A stretch of 64,000 nucleotides of DNA from an uncultured delta proteobacterium (GTDB lineage Bacteria > Desulfobacterota > Binatia > UBA9968). Below the pieces are notes generated by a model, which worked only from the letters and a program-made list of their open reading frames with translations, ran no database searches and was not told the origin of the DNA. Positions within the stretch are counted from its first letter, which is position 1, and each line of letters starts with the position of its first letter. Location: the NCBI GenBank assembly GCA_963737905.1, contig CAVTUQ010000038.1:77736-141735 (forward strand), in the 5' to 3' direction. Both the position numbers and the translations under genes were made by a program. This document shows, one piece after another, positions 52,066 through 61,849 of the stretch.

Positions 52066-52974
52066 GTGGCTGTTCATAAACCTCTGCCGCTAAGAACGGG
52101 AGGAAGAATCGGTGTCGTGGCGCCAGCTGGCTGCGTCAATGACGAACTATTATTGACTGGGGTTCAGGCTTTGCAGCAAGAAGGGTTCCAAGTCGAGCTT
52201 GCTCCCGCAGTGCATGATCGCAAAGGCTATCTGGCGGGGGAAGACGCGAAGAGGGCTCGTGACCTTGAAAGTTTCTTTTGCCGGCCTGATCTCGACGCAA
52301 TCTTTTGCGCTCGCGGGGGCTTCGGCTCCATCCAGCTTATTCCTCATTTGACTGAGCGCATCCGATTGCACCCGAAAATTTTTGCCGGCTACAGCGACGT
52401 CACGATTCTTCTGAACTGGCTTCTCCAAAGCTGTGGCATGGTAACGTTTCATGGGCCTATGGTGGCCATGGACTTCGCAGGTGGATTGTCCCAGCGCAGC
52501 CGAGACCATCTTTGGGGGACTTTGACAGGGAAAAAATGGATGTGGAAGATTGAAGTCGGTGAGGTTATTCGACCTGGCAGAGTGGAGGCCGAGATGTTGG
52601 GGGGATGTCTTTCGTTGGTTGTGACGACGCTGGGAACACCGTACGACATCGATACCACCGGCAAGATCCTCTTCTTGGAGGATGTGGGCGAAAAACCCTA
52701 CCGAGTTGAACGAATGCTGACCCATCTAAAAATGGCCGGCAAACTTACAGGGTTGGCTGGATTGGTTTTCGGCGATTTCACTCAATGTGACGATGAAGGG
52801 TCCAGGAACATTCGGGCGATCATCGGCGAACTCTTTCATAGAGCGCCCTATCCGGTGGTCATGGGAGTGCCCGCAGGACACGGGCAAGAGAATCTCGCCT
52901 TACCCTTTGGCGTCACGATGGCCCTGGACGCAAACGCAGGGACCTTGTCGCTGATCGAGTCGCCGGTGGCGTGA
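52066..52974 (+). CDS. ldcA: LD-carboxypeptidase (S66)
   Basis: ARGGFG, GYSDVT, HGPM, LEDVGE and GHG catalytic motifs. Confidence 0.92.
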   Translation: MAVHKPLPLRTGGRIGVVAPAGCVNDELLLTGVQALQQEGFQVELAPAVHDRKGYLAGEDAKRARDLESFFCRPDLDAIFCARGGFGSIQLIPHLTERIRLHPKIFAGYSDVTILLNWLLQSCGMVTFHGPMVAMDFAGGLSQRSRDHLWGTLTGKKWMWKIEVGEVIRPGRVEAEMLGGCLSLVVTTLGTPYDIDTTGKILFLEDVGEKPYRVERMLTHLKMAGKLTGLAGLVFGDFTQCDDEGSRNIRAIIGELFHRAPYPVVMGVPAGHGQENLALPFGVTMALDANAGTLSLIESPVA

Positions 52975-53041
52975 TTCACAAATTTCGTTGCGGGAGTTAA
53001 ACTTTCCGGGAATTTTTCTCAGGACGGGTCGAACAAAGATT

Positions 53042-54160
53042 GTGGATTTCAAGCCGGTCGAAGATGCCTGCGAAGAAGCGGTGATTCAAGGCGTATTCCC
53101 TGGAGCCGTGGTGCTCGTGGGCAGGGGAGACGAGATTGTTTATGAGCACGCCTTCGGGTCGCGCTCTGTCGTCCCCACGAGGAGCCCCATGCACACGAGT
53201 ACTATCTTCGATCTTGCTTCCCTAACCAAGCCTCTCGCGACCACTGTGGCCATCATGCTGCTTATGAGGGACAAGAAAATATGCCTGGCCGATCGCGTGA
53301 CTCAGTTTTTTCCTGCCTTTGGAATCTTCGGCAAGCATGCGGTGACTTTCCGACATTTGCTCAACCATTCCTCCGGCCTGCCGGAGTGGAGGCCGTATTA
53401 CAAGGAGGTTCTCAAAAGCGAGGAAGAGGGAAGGGTTAACTTCGTCGCCAGCCGGCCCGCTAAACAGTATGTGTTCACGCAGATCCATCGTGAGAAACCG
53501 GTGAGCCCGGCCGGGGTACAGAGTCTCTATAGCGATCTCGGTTTCATGGTCCTGGGCCAGGTCGTAGAAGCCATTAGCGACAGCACACTGGACTGTTTCT
53601 GCCAAGACAGGATATTCAACCCTCTCGGTCTCAAAAGCACGTACTTTGTTGATTTGACGCAGTCGAGGACCCACCCCGTTGGAGAGATGATTGCCCCCAC
53701 GGAGGACTGTCCGTGGCGCAAGAGAGTTATCTGTGGCGAGGTGCACGACGATAATGCTTACGCAATGGGAGGGGTGGCCGGTCACGCGGGACTTTTCTCG
53801 TCAGCACGGGATATCCATCAGCTTTTGGCGTGCCTCAACCGCTGTTTACGCGGCAACGATTCTTTTCTGCCACAAGAATTGATCCGGGAGTTTCTCTCAA
53901 AAGATGAAGCGGTGAAAAATTCGACCCATGCTCTGGGCTGGGATACGCCGTCGGAAAATAGTTCTTCCAGTGGTAGATATTTTTCTCTCCATTCCGTGGG
54001 CCATCTCGGTTTCACCGGAACCTCGATTTGGTGGGACCTGGAAAAAAGTTGCCACGTTGTGCTGCTGTCAAACCGTGTCCATCCCACGCGTGAGAATGAA
54101 AAGATTAGAGAGTTTCGCCCCTACATTCACGATTTGATCATGGCGACGTTGAATCCATGA
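53042..54160 (+). CDS. Beta-lactamase-family serine hydrolase (AmiE-like)
   Basis: FDLASLTK (SxxK), LL.H.SGL, YSDLG, G.VHD.NA..MGGVAGHAGLFS and GH.GFTG. Confidence 0.88.
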   Translation: MDFKPVEDACEEAVIQGVFPGAVVLVGRGDEIVYEHAFGSRSVVPTRSPMHTSTIFDLASLTKPLATTVAIMLLMRDKKICLADRVTQFFPAFGIFGKHAVTFRHLLNHSSGLPEWRPYYKEVLKSEEEGRVNFVASRPAKQYVFTQIHREKPVSPAGVQSLYSDLGFMVLGQVVEAISDSTLDCFCQDRIFNPLGLKSTYFVDLTQSRTHPVGEMIAPTEDCPWRKRVICGEVHDDNAYAMGGVAGHAGLFSSARDIHQLLACLNRCLRGNDSFLPQELIREFLSKDEAVKNSTHALGWDTPSENSSSSGRYFSLHSVGHLGFTGTSIWWDLEKSCHVVLLSNRVHPTRENEKIREFRPYIHDLIMATLNP

Positions 54161-55611
54161 ACAAACTTCCTCCAGCCGGCAGTCATGTTCACTTGATCGC
54201 TGTTTGTGGGGCCGGCATGGCATCACTGGCCGGTCTCCTTCAGTCTCTCGGGTACCGCGTCAGCGGCTCCGATCAAAACGTTTATCCGCCGATGAGCACG
54301 TACTTGGAGAAAATCGGGATTACGATTCTCTCTGGGTATGGCGAAGAGCACCTGCGGCCACGACCCGATCTTGTCGTCATCGGCAATGCGGTATCGCGAA
54401 ACAATGCTGAAGCCGACGCTGCGCTGGGCCAGGAGATCCCGTATATTTCGTTTCCACAGGCTTTGGGCCTGTTTCTCATTCGATCGCGGACCTCCCTGGT
54501 GGTGGCCGGTACCCACGGGAAAACCACGACCTCTGCTCTGGCTGCGTGGGTGCTCGCAAGAGCGGGGTTGGATCCGGGTTTTTTTATCGGCGGGGTACCG
54601 CTCAATTTCAGTAGCGGATGGAATCCTGGAAGCGGAGACTATGTCGTTTTAGAAGGGGATGAGTATGACAGCGCCTTCTTCGACAAGGGCCCCAAGTTTT
54701 TGCACTATCGCCCGCACAACGTCATTCTTACCAGCGTGGAATTTGACCACGCCGATATTTATCGTGATCTCGGCCATCTCAAAGATGCCTTCCGACGGCT
54801 GGTCGAGCTCATTCCGTCGACCGGGTGCCTGCTTGCGTGCAGCGACTATGCAGCGGTGCGGGAGGTTGTGGTGCCGGCGCGCTGCCGGCTCTTTTACTAC
54901 GGTAGGGAGGTTTCAGCGGACTGGACTGCGAATAACATCGCATTCCGAGACGGGAAAAGCCTTTTCGAGCCCTTTTACCGAGGTCGATCGGATGGCGTTG
55001 TCGAGCTCGGTCTGATCGGGCGTCATAACGTGCAGAACGCCCTCGCAGTCTATGCCATGGGTAGAGAGTTGGGAATCGACCGGGACAAGTTGCGCGACGG
55101 CCTGGCAACGTTCGCCGGGGTCAAGCGTCGGCAGGAGATCAAGGGTAACGTTGGCGGTGTACTGGTCATAGATGACTTCGCCCATCACCCCACAGCGGTC
55201 AAAGAAACCTTGAGTGCCGTCAAAGAGGCATACCCTGGCCGGAGACTGTGGGCGGTCTTTGAGCCGCGAAGCAACACGAGCAGAAGGAATATCTTCGAAC
55301 AGGAATTTGCCGAGACTTTGGCGCTGGCGGACCGTATCGTGGTTGCCGGACTACACCAACCGGAAAAAGTTCCTGAGCCTGAACGGCTGTCGGTCGAAAG
55401 GGTCGTTCGGGCAATCAACGGCGTCGGAAAGCGACGTGCCGTTACCCTTGAAAAAGCGGATGCTATCGCTTCCTATGTGGCGGAAAACGCCGCTCCCAAT
55501 GATATCGTCGTCGTGATGTCCAACGGGGGCTTTGACGGCGTCCAAGACAAGATTCTGCAGGAGTTAGCCCGGATTATTCACAGTCCGAAGAAAAATCACG
55601 ACAGTATGTAG
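54157..55611 (+). CDS. mpl: UDP-MurNAc:L-Ala-gamma-D-Glu-mDAP ligase (murein peptide ligase)
   Basis: GSDQNVYPPMS, GTHGKTTT, EGDEYDSAFFDK..KF.HY.P, DDFAHHPTA, EPRSNT and MSNGGF. Confidence 0.93.
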   Translation: MNKLPPAGSHVHLIAVCGAGMASLAGLLQSLGYRVSGSDQNVYPPMSTYLEKIGITILSGYGEEHLRPRPDLVVIGNAVSRNNAEADAALGQEIPYISFPQALGLFLIRSRTSLVVAGTHGKTTTSALAAWVLARAGLDPGFFIGGVPLNFSSGWNPGSGDYVVLEGDEYDSAFFDKGPKFLHYRPHNVILTSVEFDHADIYRDLGHLKDAFRRLVELIPSTGCLLACSDYAAVREVVVPARCRLFYYGREVSADWTANNIAFRDGKSLFEPFYRGRSDGVVELGLIGRHNVQNALAVYAMGRELGIDRDKLRDGLATFAGVKRRQEIKGNVGGVLVIDDFAHHPTAVKETLSAVKEAYPGRRLWAVFEPRSNTSRRNIFEQEFAETLALADRIVVAGLHQPEKVPEPERLSVERVVRAINGVGKRRAVTLEKADAIASYVAENAAPNDIVVVMSNGGFDGVQDKILQELARIIHSPKKNHDSM

Positions 55612-55756
55612 ACCGAGGAGTGAGCGGGCACAGGAGCGTGAGGCCGCGCTGACTTCCAGGGTGCTTGACCATAAGTTTGCGGGCCTCCTCAAGGTAGAGA
55701 CCCATTGCCCGCAACCGCAGGGGCTGACTCCTCGGAGAGTTTGTCAATGAACCGCG

Positions 55757-55987
55757 CTAGCGTAACAAATAGAGCCTGGCGCATTCCCGACTGCAGAAAT
55801 AGTTGCCCGCCTGGGGGATCGCTTCATTCTTCGGTACATAGGTCTGACATTGCGGATCGAGAACCATGTCATCAACTTTTCGTGGGTCCACGAAGCGGGT
55901 GTCGCTCTTGCGCGACAACCAGTAGGCCTTGAGCACAACGTAAAAAATGTACGCGAGGAAAACGAAAAGGAGGATGCGAATTAGCAA
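55757..55987 (-). CDS. Small membrane protein with TRASH/YHS-like metal-binding motif
   Basis: N-terminal TM; MVLDPQCQTYVP...YFCSREC. Confidence 0.75.
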   Translation of the reverse strand: MLIRILLFVFLAYIFYVVLKAYWLSRKSDTRFVDPRKVDDMVLDPQCQTYVPKNEAIPQAGNYFCSRECARLYLLR

Positions 55988-56023
55988 CGGTTTGGCCCTG
56001 GAAGTCCAGACGAGTGGCTTTAC

Positions 56024-56527
56024 CTAGGAGTGGTACAGATGGATCTTTTTGTCGTCTTTAACATTCACCAGAAGCTCAGAAATCGTCACCCCGAGCTCCG
56101 GATGGATGACTTGCGGAGCGATTTCGCTGAGCGGGACAAGCACGAACTTTCGGTTCGGCATCTCGGGATGGGGAATGCGCAATGTTTTTTTCTTTACGAC
56201 AAGCGCGTCGTATAGCAGGATGTCCAAGTCGATAATGCGTGCGCCCCAACGTTTCTTAACTTTCTTGCGGCCCATGGCGCGCTCGATGTTTTTGAATTTT
56301 TTGAGCAGCATGTCGGGTTTAAACTTCGTCTCGATTTCGATAGCGCCGTTGACATACCATTCCTTAGAATCTCCCAGGGGTTCACTCGCGTAAAGGGACG
56401 ACTCCTTGATAATCTTGGTATCTGGGAGTTTGGCTAATCGGCCGAGGGCCTCGAAGAAGTTTTCCTTCTTGTTGCCCACGTTGGAACCGATGCCCATGTA
56501 GACCTGATGGGCCATAGCATCCGCCAT
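56024..56527 (-). CDS. folK: 2-amino-4-hydroxy-6-hydroxymethyldihydropteridine pyrophosphokinase
   Basis: GIGSNVG, SSLY, IE..MGR, RWG.R.IDLDIL, IPHP and FVLVPL.EI. Confidence 0.96.
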   Translation of the reverse strand: MADAMAHQVYMGIGSNVGNKKENFFEALGRLAKLPDTKIIKESSLYASEPLGDSKEWYVNGAIEIETKFKPDMLLKKFKNIERAMGRKKVKKRWGARIIDLDILLYDALVVKKKTLRIPHPEMPNRKFVLVPLSEIAPQVIHPELGVTISELLVNVKDDKKIHLYHS

Positions 56528-56550
56528 TGTGCCCCTCGCTTGAAAGAAAC

Positions 56551-57723
56551 CTATAGTTTGACCCGCCGGATTCTTTCCGCAACCTCATTCAGTTTTGATT
56601 TATCAACGCAGACCGTAAAGCGCACGTACCCCTCTCCCGCCTCGCCAAAGCCGTTTCCGGGAGTCGTAACCACCCCGGCTTCATCGAGCAATTTGGCCGT
56701 AAATTCCGCGGAAGAAAGGCCCTTGGGAGTCGAAACCCAAACATAAAAGGTCGCGCGAGGCTTTTCGCATTCAAGTCCCACCGCACGAAGACCGTCGACC
56801 AAGATATCCCGCCGCTCCTGGTATATTTTTCGGGAGGGTTCGACGATCTTGTCGCCAAGCTTCAGCGCGGCAATGCCGGCCTCTTGAATGGCCTGGAAAA
56901 TGCCGGAGTCCAAGTTGGATTTGGCTTGTGCGAGGCCTTCCACCAGCTCCGGATTCCCCACGGCCATACCAATACGCCAGCCAGTCATGTTAAAAGTTTT
57001 GGACAGTGAATGAAACTCGATGCCGACTTCCTTCGCCCCTTCGACCTCGAGAAAGCTCATGGGCCGATAGCCATCGTACCCCATCTCGGTGTAAGCGGCG
57101 TCGTGACAGACGATCACATTGTACCGGTTGGCGAAATCGACTACCCGTCTAAAGAACTCTTTATCCGCGACGGCGGCGGTTGGATTGTTGGGATAGTTGA
57201 CCCAGAGAAGCTTTGCCTGTTGGGTGATCTCGGCTGGAATCGAATCGAGATCCGGAAGAAAGTGATTCTCTTTCTTGAGCGGCAGGAAGTAGTTCTTGCC
57301 ACCGCTAAACCCAGTGCCGATGTGGTAGACGGGATAGCAGGGACTTGCAACTAGAACAACGTCGCCGGGATTCACGAAAGCCACGGCCATATTGCCGATG
57401 CCTTCTTTGGATCCAATCAACGAGACGACTTCCTTGCCGGCGTCCAATTTGACGTTGAACCGTTTCTGATACCAGTCTGCCACTCCCTCGCGAAACTCAA
57501 TGAGCCCCGAACTGTTGGGGTAACGATGGTTGTTCGGTTTGCTGGCGCTTTCGACGAGCGTTTCTACAACCTGAGCGGGAGTCGGAATGTCGGGATCGCC
57601 GATTCCGAGGTCAATCAAATCGACCCCGCGGGCCAAAGCTGCGCGTTTCCTGCGATCGATTTCCGCGAAGAGATAAGGTGGTAACTCGTTGATTCTTTTA
57701 GCTTTTTGTATGAGGATACCCAA
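56551..57723 (-). CDS. dapL: LL-diaminopimelate aminotransferase
   Basis: LPPYLFA, LGIGDPD, LIGSKEG, NYPNNPT, HDAAY and SLSKTFNMTGWR.G. Confidence 0.88.
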   Translation of the reverse strand: MGILIQKAKRINELPPYLFAEIDRRKRAALARGVDLIDLGIGDPDIPTPAQVVETLVESASKPNNHRYPNSSGLIEFREGVADWYQKRFNVKLDAGKEVVSLIGSKEGIGNMAVAFVNPGDVVLVASPCYPVYHIGTGFSGGKNYFLPLKKENHFLPDLDSIPAEITQQAKLLWVNYPNNPTAAVADKEFFRRVVDFANRYNVIVCHDAAYTEMGYDGYRPMSFLEVEGAKEVGIEFHSLSKTFNMTGWRIGMAVGNPELVEGLAQAKSNLDSGIFQAIQEAGIAALKLGDKIVEPSRKIYQERRDILVDGLRAVGLECEKPRATFYVWVSTPKGLSSAEFTAKLLDEAGVVTTPGNGFGEAGEGYVRFTVCVDKSKLNEVAERIRRVKL

Positions 57724-57837
57724 CTCTGCAACCTCACAATTAAATTCGCCCAGTATTTACCTGGTTTTTCCGACTTTGACAACTACTCCCCAAAAGCTTC
57801 TATTTTGAGCGCTTCGCGGATAATCTCCTTTGCAGCG

Positions 57838-58338
57838 ATGGAGATCATCATTGATGGATATAACGTGATTGGTAGTGACACCGGGTTAACCGGCAATCTT
57901 GAGCAAAAACGCAACGTTCTGGTGCAGCAGCTCGTAAACTATCATAAGAATAACGGCCACGGTCTCACGGTTGTCTTTGATGGCTGGCAGTCCGGGTCCA
58001 TCAACGAAGTCGAACAAAAACGGGATGGAGTTTCCATCGTATACTCGCGTCTGGGTGAGAAGGCGGATAGCGTGATTGTCCGGATCGCTCGCAAACAAGG
58101 TACTGGGTGCGTGGTCGTGACCTCGGATCGAGAGGTACGCAATGCGGTTGAGCGTTTCGGCGCGGTCGCTTTATATGCCAGCGAATTCAGGGCCATGTTG
58201 CGCCATCTCGCCCAGTCATTCGATGACGACGAGGAACCTGATTATCCGCAGCGAGAAACGCTCAAGAAAGGAAATCCGAGACGATTGTCGAAAAAAGAAA
58301 GAAAACGGCGAGAGAAGCTCAATAAGCTCAAATCATAA
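57838..58338 (+). CDS. NYN (YacP-like) PIN-fold ribonuclease domain protein
   Basis: IIDGYN, VVFDG, EKADSVI and VVTSD. Confidence 0.88.
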   Translation: MEIIIDGYNVIGSDTGLTGNLEQKRNVLVQQLVNYHKNNGHGLTVVFDGWQSGSINEVEQKRDGVSIVYSRLGEKADSVIVRIARKQGTGCVVVTSDREVRNAVERFGAVALYASEFRAMLRHLAQSFDDDEEPDYPQRETLKKGNPRRLSKKERKRREKLNKLKS

Positions 58339-58506
58339 CCATTCCAGAGAGCCTTACAAAAAAGCCTGGCGATCAACGACGAAGGTAGCGACGTGTGCTG
58401 CCGTCAAAACACGCTCGGGTGAATATATCGCCGGTCCGTGAAGTCTGGTGTCAACCAAAGAGAGACAATCCGGCGAGAATCGTTATTTTTCCAATTCTGG
58501 TCCACA

Positions 58507-59238
58507 TCATTTTCCCTCCGCACCGGGCTGGGTTTCAGTAGTACGCTTGGGCTCAATGCGGTTCAAAAGTCCGTTGTAAAAAATTGCGGTTGAACCGTCC
58601 GCGTAGAGCCAGTGTTCTTCGGAGACATGAAGCTGAGCTGTAACTTTGTTTACGCGAACGGGCTTACCCAGAATTTGTCGAACCTCTCCTGCATTCATAC
58701 CTGGTGTAACCTTGCGTTTAATCGCTGCCTCCTTGACGCCTCGCGGCCAAGGTTGGGCTTCGATCCATGCGATTCTCTTTTTTTCTTCCTGCTCCGCCTC
58801 TGCGACCCTTTTCTTTTCGATCGCATCTGGATCGACGGAAGCGATCGTTGCATTCAATTCTTCGAGAAACGCTTCCGGCTTTATGTAGGCTTCTTTGCCG
58901 GAAGTAAACTTCACTTTATAGTAGGGGTCTTTGTTTTTACGCCCCACCAAGTCGGTGATTTCGAAAGATTCCTTAGCCGGAGGATGGAAGGGTGCCGCCT
59001 TGATGGTGGGGTCAGAAAGAAAGGCAGGTGTTTGGTCGTTGACCGCAACGATCCAATAAATCTTACCTACTCGAGTTGCGAAGGCATCGAGCTGTTGATC
59101 CGTATAGCGGTCGGACGCAAGGGCGGGAAAAGCAGTCAGGATAAGCAAGATTATCAGCAGAACCGAGTCCGCCCGGTGCCGAAGAGTAGATCCTTTTTTT
59201 TTCCGCCGAAACCCGCCGATACTTTTGGATCGCATCAT
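58507..59238 (-). CDS. Hypothetical exported protein with C-terminal SmpA/BamE-like motif
   Basis: Hydrophobic N-terminal segment; PGM..GEVRQILGKP...EEHWLY. Confidence 0.6.
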   Translation of the reverse strand: MMRSKSIGGFRRKKKGSTLRHRADSVLLIILLILTAFPALASDRYTDQQLDAFATRVGKIYWIVAVNDQTPAFLSDPTIKAAPFHPPAKESFEITDLVGRKNKDPYYKVKFTSGKEAYIKPEAFLEELNATIASVDPDAIEKKRVAEAEQEEKKRIAWIEAQPWPRGVKEAAIKRKVTPGMNAGEVRQILGKPVRVNKVTAQLHVSEEHWLYADGSTAIFYNGLLNRIEPKRTTETQPGAEGK

Positions 59239-59370
59239 AAATTATCCTATAAAAAAGGGAGATCTAAACCAAGTACCCTATACTATTTTGAGTCCCTGCC
59301 TTTGGGAATGTTCATTTTACTTAGGATAGGGGGGCGCAATTGGAGTGCGGACAGCGAGCCGGTAAAACAC

Positions 59371-59395
59371 GAAAGGGGCCATCAAGACCCCTTTC
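59371..59395 (-). terminator. Intrinsic terminator following the displaced tRNA 3' end
   Basis: GAAAGGGG-N9-CCCCTTTC followed by GTGTTTT on the minus strand. Confidence 0.65.
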
Positions 59396-59398
59396 TCA

Positions 59399-59420
59399 TG
59401 GTTGCGGGGCCGGGATTTGA
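59399..59420 (-). mobile_element. att site: 3' fragment of initiator tRNA-Met
   Basis: Minus strand TCAAATCCCGGCCCCGCAACCA = T-loop, T-stem, CCCCGCA acceptor strand, A73 and CCA; no 5' tRNA portion present. Confidence 0.75.
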
Positions 59421-59548
59421 CCAAAGATTTAGGAGTGGCGCCCCGCCGCCACCGCCGTGAAAGTTGCGAGCGACACAAAGTTCCCCTCAACATGAGCACC
59501 GGACTGAGGTCGTAGATTCTGATCTCAAGTCGGTGCTTGTCTGAATTT

Positions 59549-61090
59549 TCAGATGCCAGTAAATCCCGCCTTCTTTAGAAGATCGACCAGACTTCCAATC
59601 AAGCCGCCGGGACCAGGCTTGACATCGATCCCGTTTGTCTTCACTGCGGCATCATTTTTGTTGTTCAAGTAGCTATTTGGATCCTGTTTGAGCAGACCAA
59701 TCAAAGTTTCGGCGAGTATCCGGCTTCCAACTTCGCCCAGATGCTCCCCTTGTTCGTGAACTGCGGCTTCCCGAAGAACGTAGTACCAGAGGGGCGTCCG
59801 GTGATGAAAATAGGCGTTCTTAATCGCTGCAGCAATCGCAGGATCTTCCCCTGTCAGAATCTCCGCGGGCGTAAGAGGATTTACACTCATCGCATCGCAT
59901 ACCGCTTGCCCCATCGGAATAGACAGATTAAACCCGCGAAACAGATTGCTCTGCGCCAGACTTGTGAGCACAGGGTCGTCAGGCCGAAATGGAAGGGTAA
60001 ACAAATCATGAGCAATCTTGGTATCGATTTTTCGCGCTTTCTGGGCGGTCGCACCAACAAAATTCTTCCATTCGATCACCAGTTTGTTCTTCAGTTGATT
60101 ATCCGCCTCGAAATTGTCTGGGTTTCCATTTGTACCAAGCAGAAAATTTGTACCCGGCGGATCCATGGGGTCCTTGATGAGTTTTATATCGCCGGATGTT
60201 GCCGAAAGCTTGTAGAAAGGCCGGATCATCGAGTGACCGAACCGAAACGCGGCAACCGAAAATTCCAGGGGCATAAAGGCATCGGCCCGGCCGGCCGTCG
60301 ATCCAAGAAAACGCGGGCCATTCGCGAAGGTGTCGAGCACAACGTTTTTATCACATACAGTCGGGAGGTATTCGTTTACGACAATGTACTGGTATGCCCA
60401 GCGCACCAACTGGCGGGCACGGATGTGTTTTTCTTTATCTGTGCCCGGCTGATCGGCATGAACCGCGTTGTAAAACTTCAAAAAGGCCGTGTGTAACTGG
60501 CTGATATTGATATTTTCATCATTGCGCATATCGGCGATAGTAGCCGGAAAGGTCACGACTCCTTCGATATCGGTGGCTTTCTGGCGCGGAAGGTCAACAC
60601 GTCCGCTGCCTTCAAATACTATGAATTTATAATTGCTGTCATAGAGGATCTGCGATTCGGTCGTCGTCGAACCCGCCAGTCCAGGCCATTCTCCGAAAAC
60701 GCTATCCAGGTCTAGCTGCGGCCGCCGACCATTTCGCAAGGTACTGACTATTTTATCCGGGTCCAGCGGATCTATAGGCTCCCCCTTGCCCAACATCGTA
60801 ATCGTGCTGTCACGGTCAGTTCTGGCAGTGATGTCATGATCGATAAACTGTCCCAGATACGTGAAGACGGCTGGTATCTGAGAATCGAGAGAGCTCATCG
60901 GGTTTCCCGGTGTGCCGTTGTCAGCCATTGCTTGACCCAGCGCTCTCAGTCCGTTTTGTGTAGTCTCGGTCTGGGGGAGAAGGCATGGCCGAGACCGTGC
61001 CGCATCGGGAAACATATAATTAAATGCAGTGGAAAAAAGAATCTCCACTTCTGACTGCACACCAGCAGCATGACTAATCTTTTTAAACAT
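59549..61090 (-). CDS. Heme peroxidase (peroxidase-cyclooxygenase / animal heme peroxidase superfamily)
   Basis: FTYLGQFIDHDIT, D.RNDEN...QLH, AFRFGHSMIR and TPLWYYVLREA; GGAGG before ATG 61090. Confidence 0.9.
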   Translation of the reverse strand: MFKKISHAAGVQSEVEILFSTAFNYMFPDAARSRPCLLPQTETTQNGLRALGQAMADNGTPGNPMSSLDSQIPAVFTYLGQFIDHDITARTDRDSTITMLGKGEPIDPLDPDKIVSTLRNGRRPQLDLDSVFGEWPGLAGSTTTESQILYDSNYKFIVFEGSGRVDLPRQKATDIEGVVTFPATIADMRNDENINISQLHTAFLKFYNAVHADQPGTDKEKHIRARQLVRWAYQYIVVNEYLPTVCDKNVVLDTFANGPRFLGSTAGRADAFMPLEFSVAAFRFGHSMIRPFYKLSATSGDIKLIKDPMDPPGTNFLLGTNGNPDNFEADNQLKNKLVIEWKNFVGATAQKARKIDTKIAHDLFTLPFRPDDPVLTSLAQSNLFRGFNLSIPMGQAVCDAMSVNPLTPAEILTGEDPAIAAAIKNAYFHHRTPLWYYVLREAAVHEQGEHLGEVGSRILAETLIGLLKQDPNSYLNNKNDAAVKTNGIDVKPGPGGLIGSLVDLLKKAGFTGI

Positions 61091-61570
61091 TATGTCCCTC
61101 CAAATGGTAAATTTTTTCGCTCTCCATCGCATCGTTGAGTAAATGGTACGACGTCTGCGCAACGATTGTGCCATCCGAGGAACTGAGCCCATGAAGATTT
61201 TCTTTTGAGCAAATCCAATATGATATGGAGTCACAGGAAAAAACGGAATGAGGCTGGATCTCAATGGCAGAGTTCAAAGAGATACAGAGGAGTGGAAAAA
61301 GAGAAACACTCCTTGCGCCCCGCAGCACGCCGGTCCCTTTGCTGTACCGGTTTACAACCCGCCTGAAACAGTCCGTAACAATTTTTCCCGGGCTTTTCGC
61401 GCCGCCAGCCCATCACTCATTTACTCGGTTGTATCCAGAAGCAGAGTGCACAGCGTCCAATTTACTGAACTATTCCACGTCCAAATGGGTTAAACTGGAC
61501 ACGTAAAAAAACTGCGGCTTGTAAGTTGTGCCTATTTTTTTGGGCTTCCATTGACTTTTTCTTCGCTGAA

Positions 61571-61849
61571 CTAATCTTTCGCGTATCGCTCCGCGCTCTG
61601 ATGACAAACCGTTGAGCCCAACGAGATTTGACTGATCGCAAGCGTTAACTCTCTGCCGGCAACGTCCGTCGTTCCGTCGAAAGTAAACGTCGCCACGGGG
61701 CATTTCGTTACATGCTCCTGTAGTCTGGCAAAGATCTGATCAGCGTTTTCGTAATCGCCGCCGTTGATCGTCTCATTACAGCCGCTACAGCAGAAAGGCA
61801 GCACGTTAATCACTGATCGCCCTTCTGACGCTTCGCTCTCGCTGTTCAT
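61571..61849 (-). CDS. Small hypothetical protein, possible Zn finger
   Basis: CSGC...HVTKC spacing; start overlaps the upstream stop (ATGA). Confidence 0.45.
   Translation of the reverse strand: MNSESEASEGRSVINVLPFCCSGCNETINGGDYENADQIFARLQEHVTKCPVATFTFDGTTDVAGRELTLAISQISLGSTVCHQSAERYAKD

Noticed and set aside
55613-55735. 6S RNA or SRP RNA
   Set aside because: Too short and branched for 6S, and it lacks the SRP CAGG...GGAA...AGCAG loop motif despite ffh being nearby.
58612-59460. 282-aa plus-strand ORF (and similar long antisense ORFs such as 4689..5519, 10592..11371, 20574..21659)
   Set aside because: Shadow frames opposite better-supported genes in GC-rich DNA; its MVAGPGFD segment is just the reverse complement of the tRNA-Met fragment.
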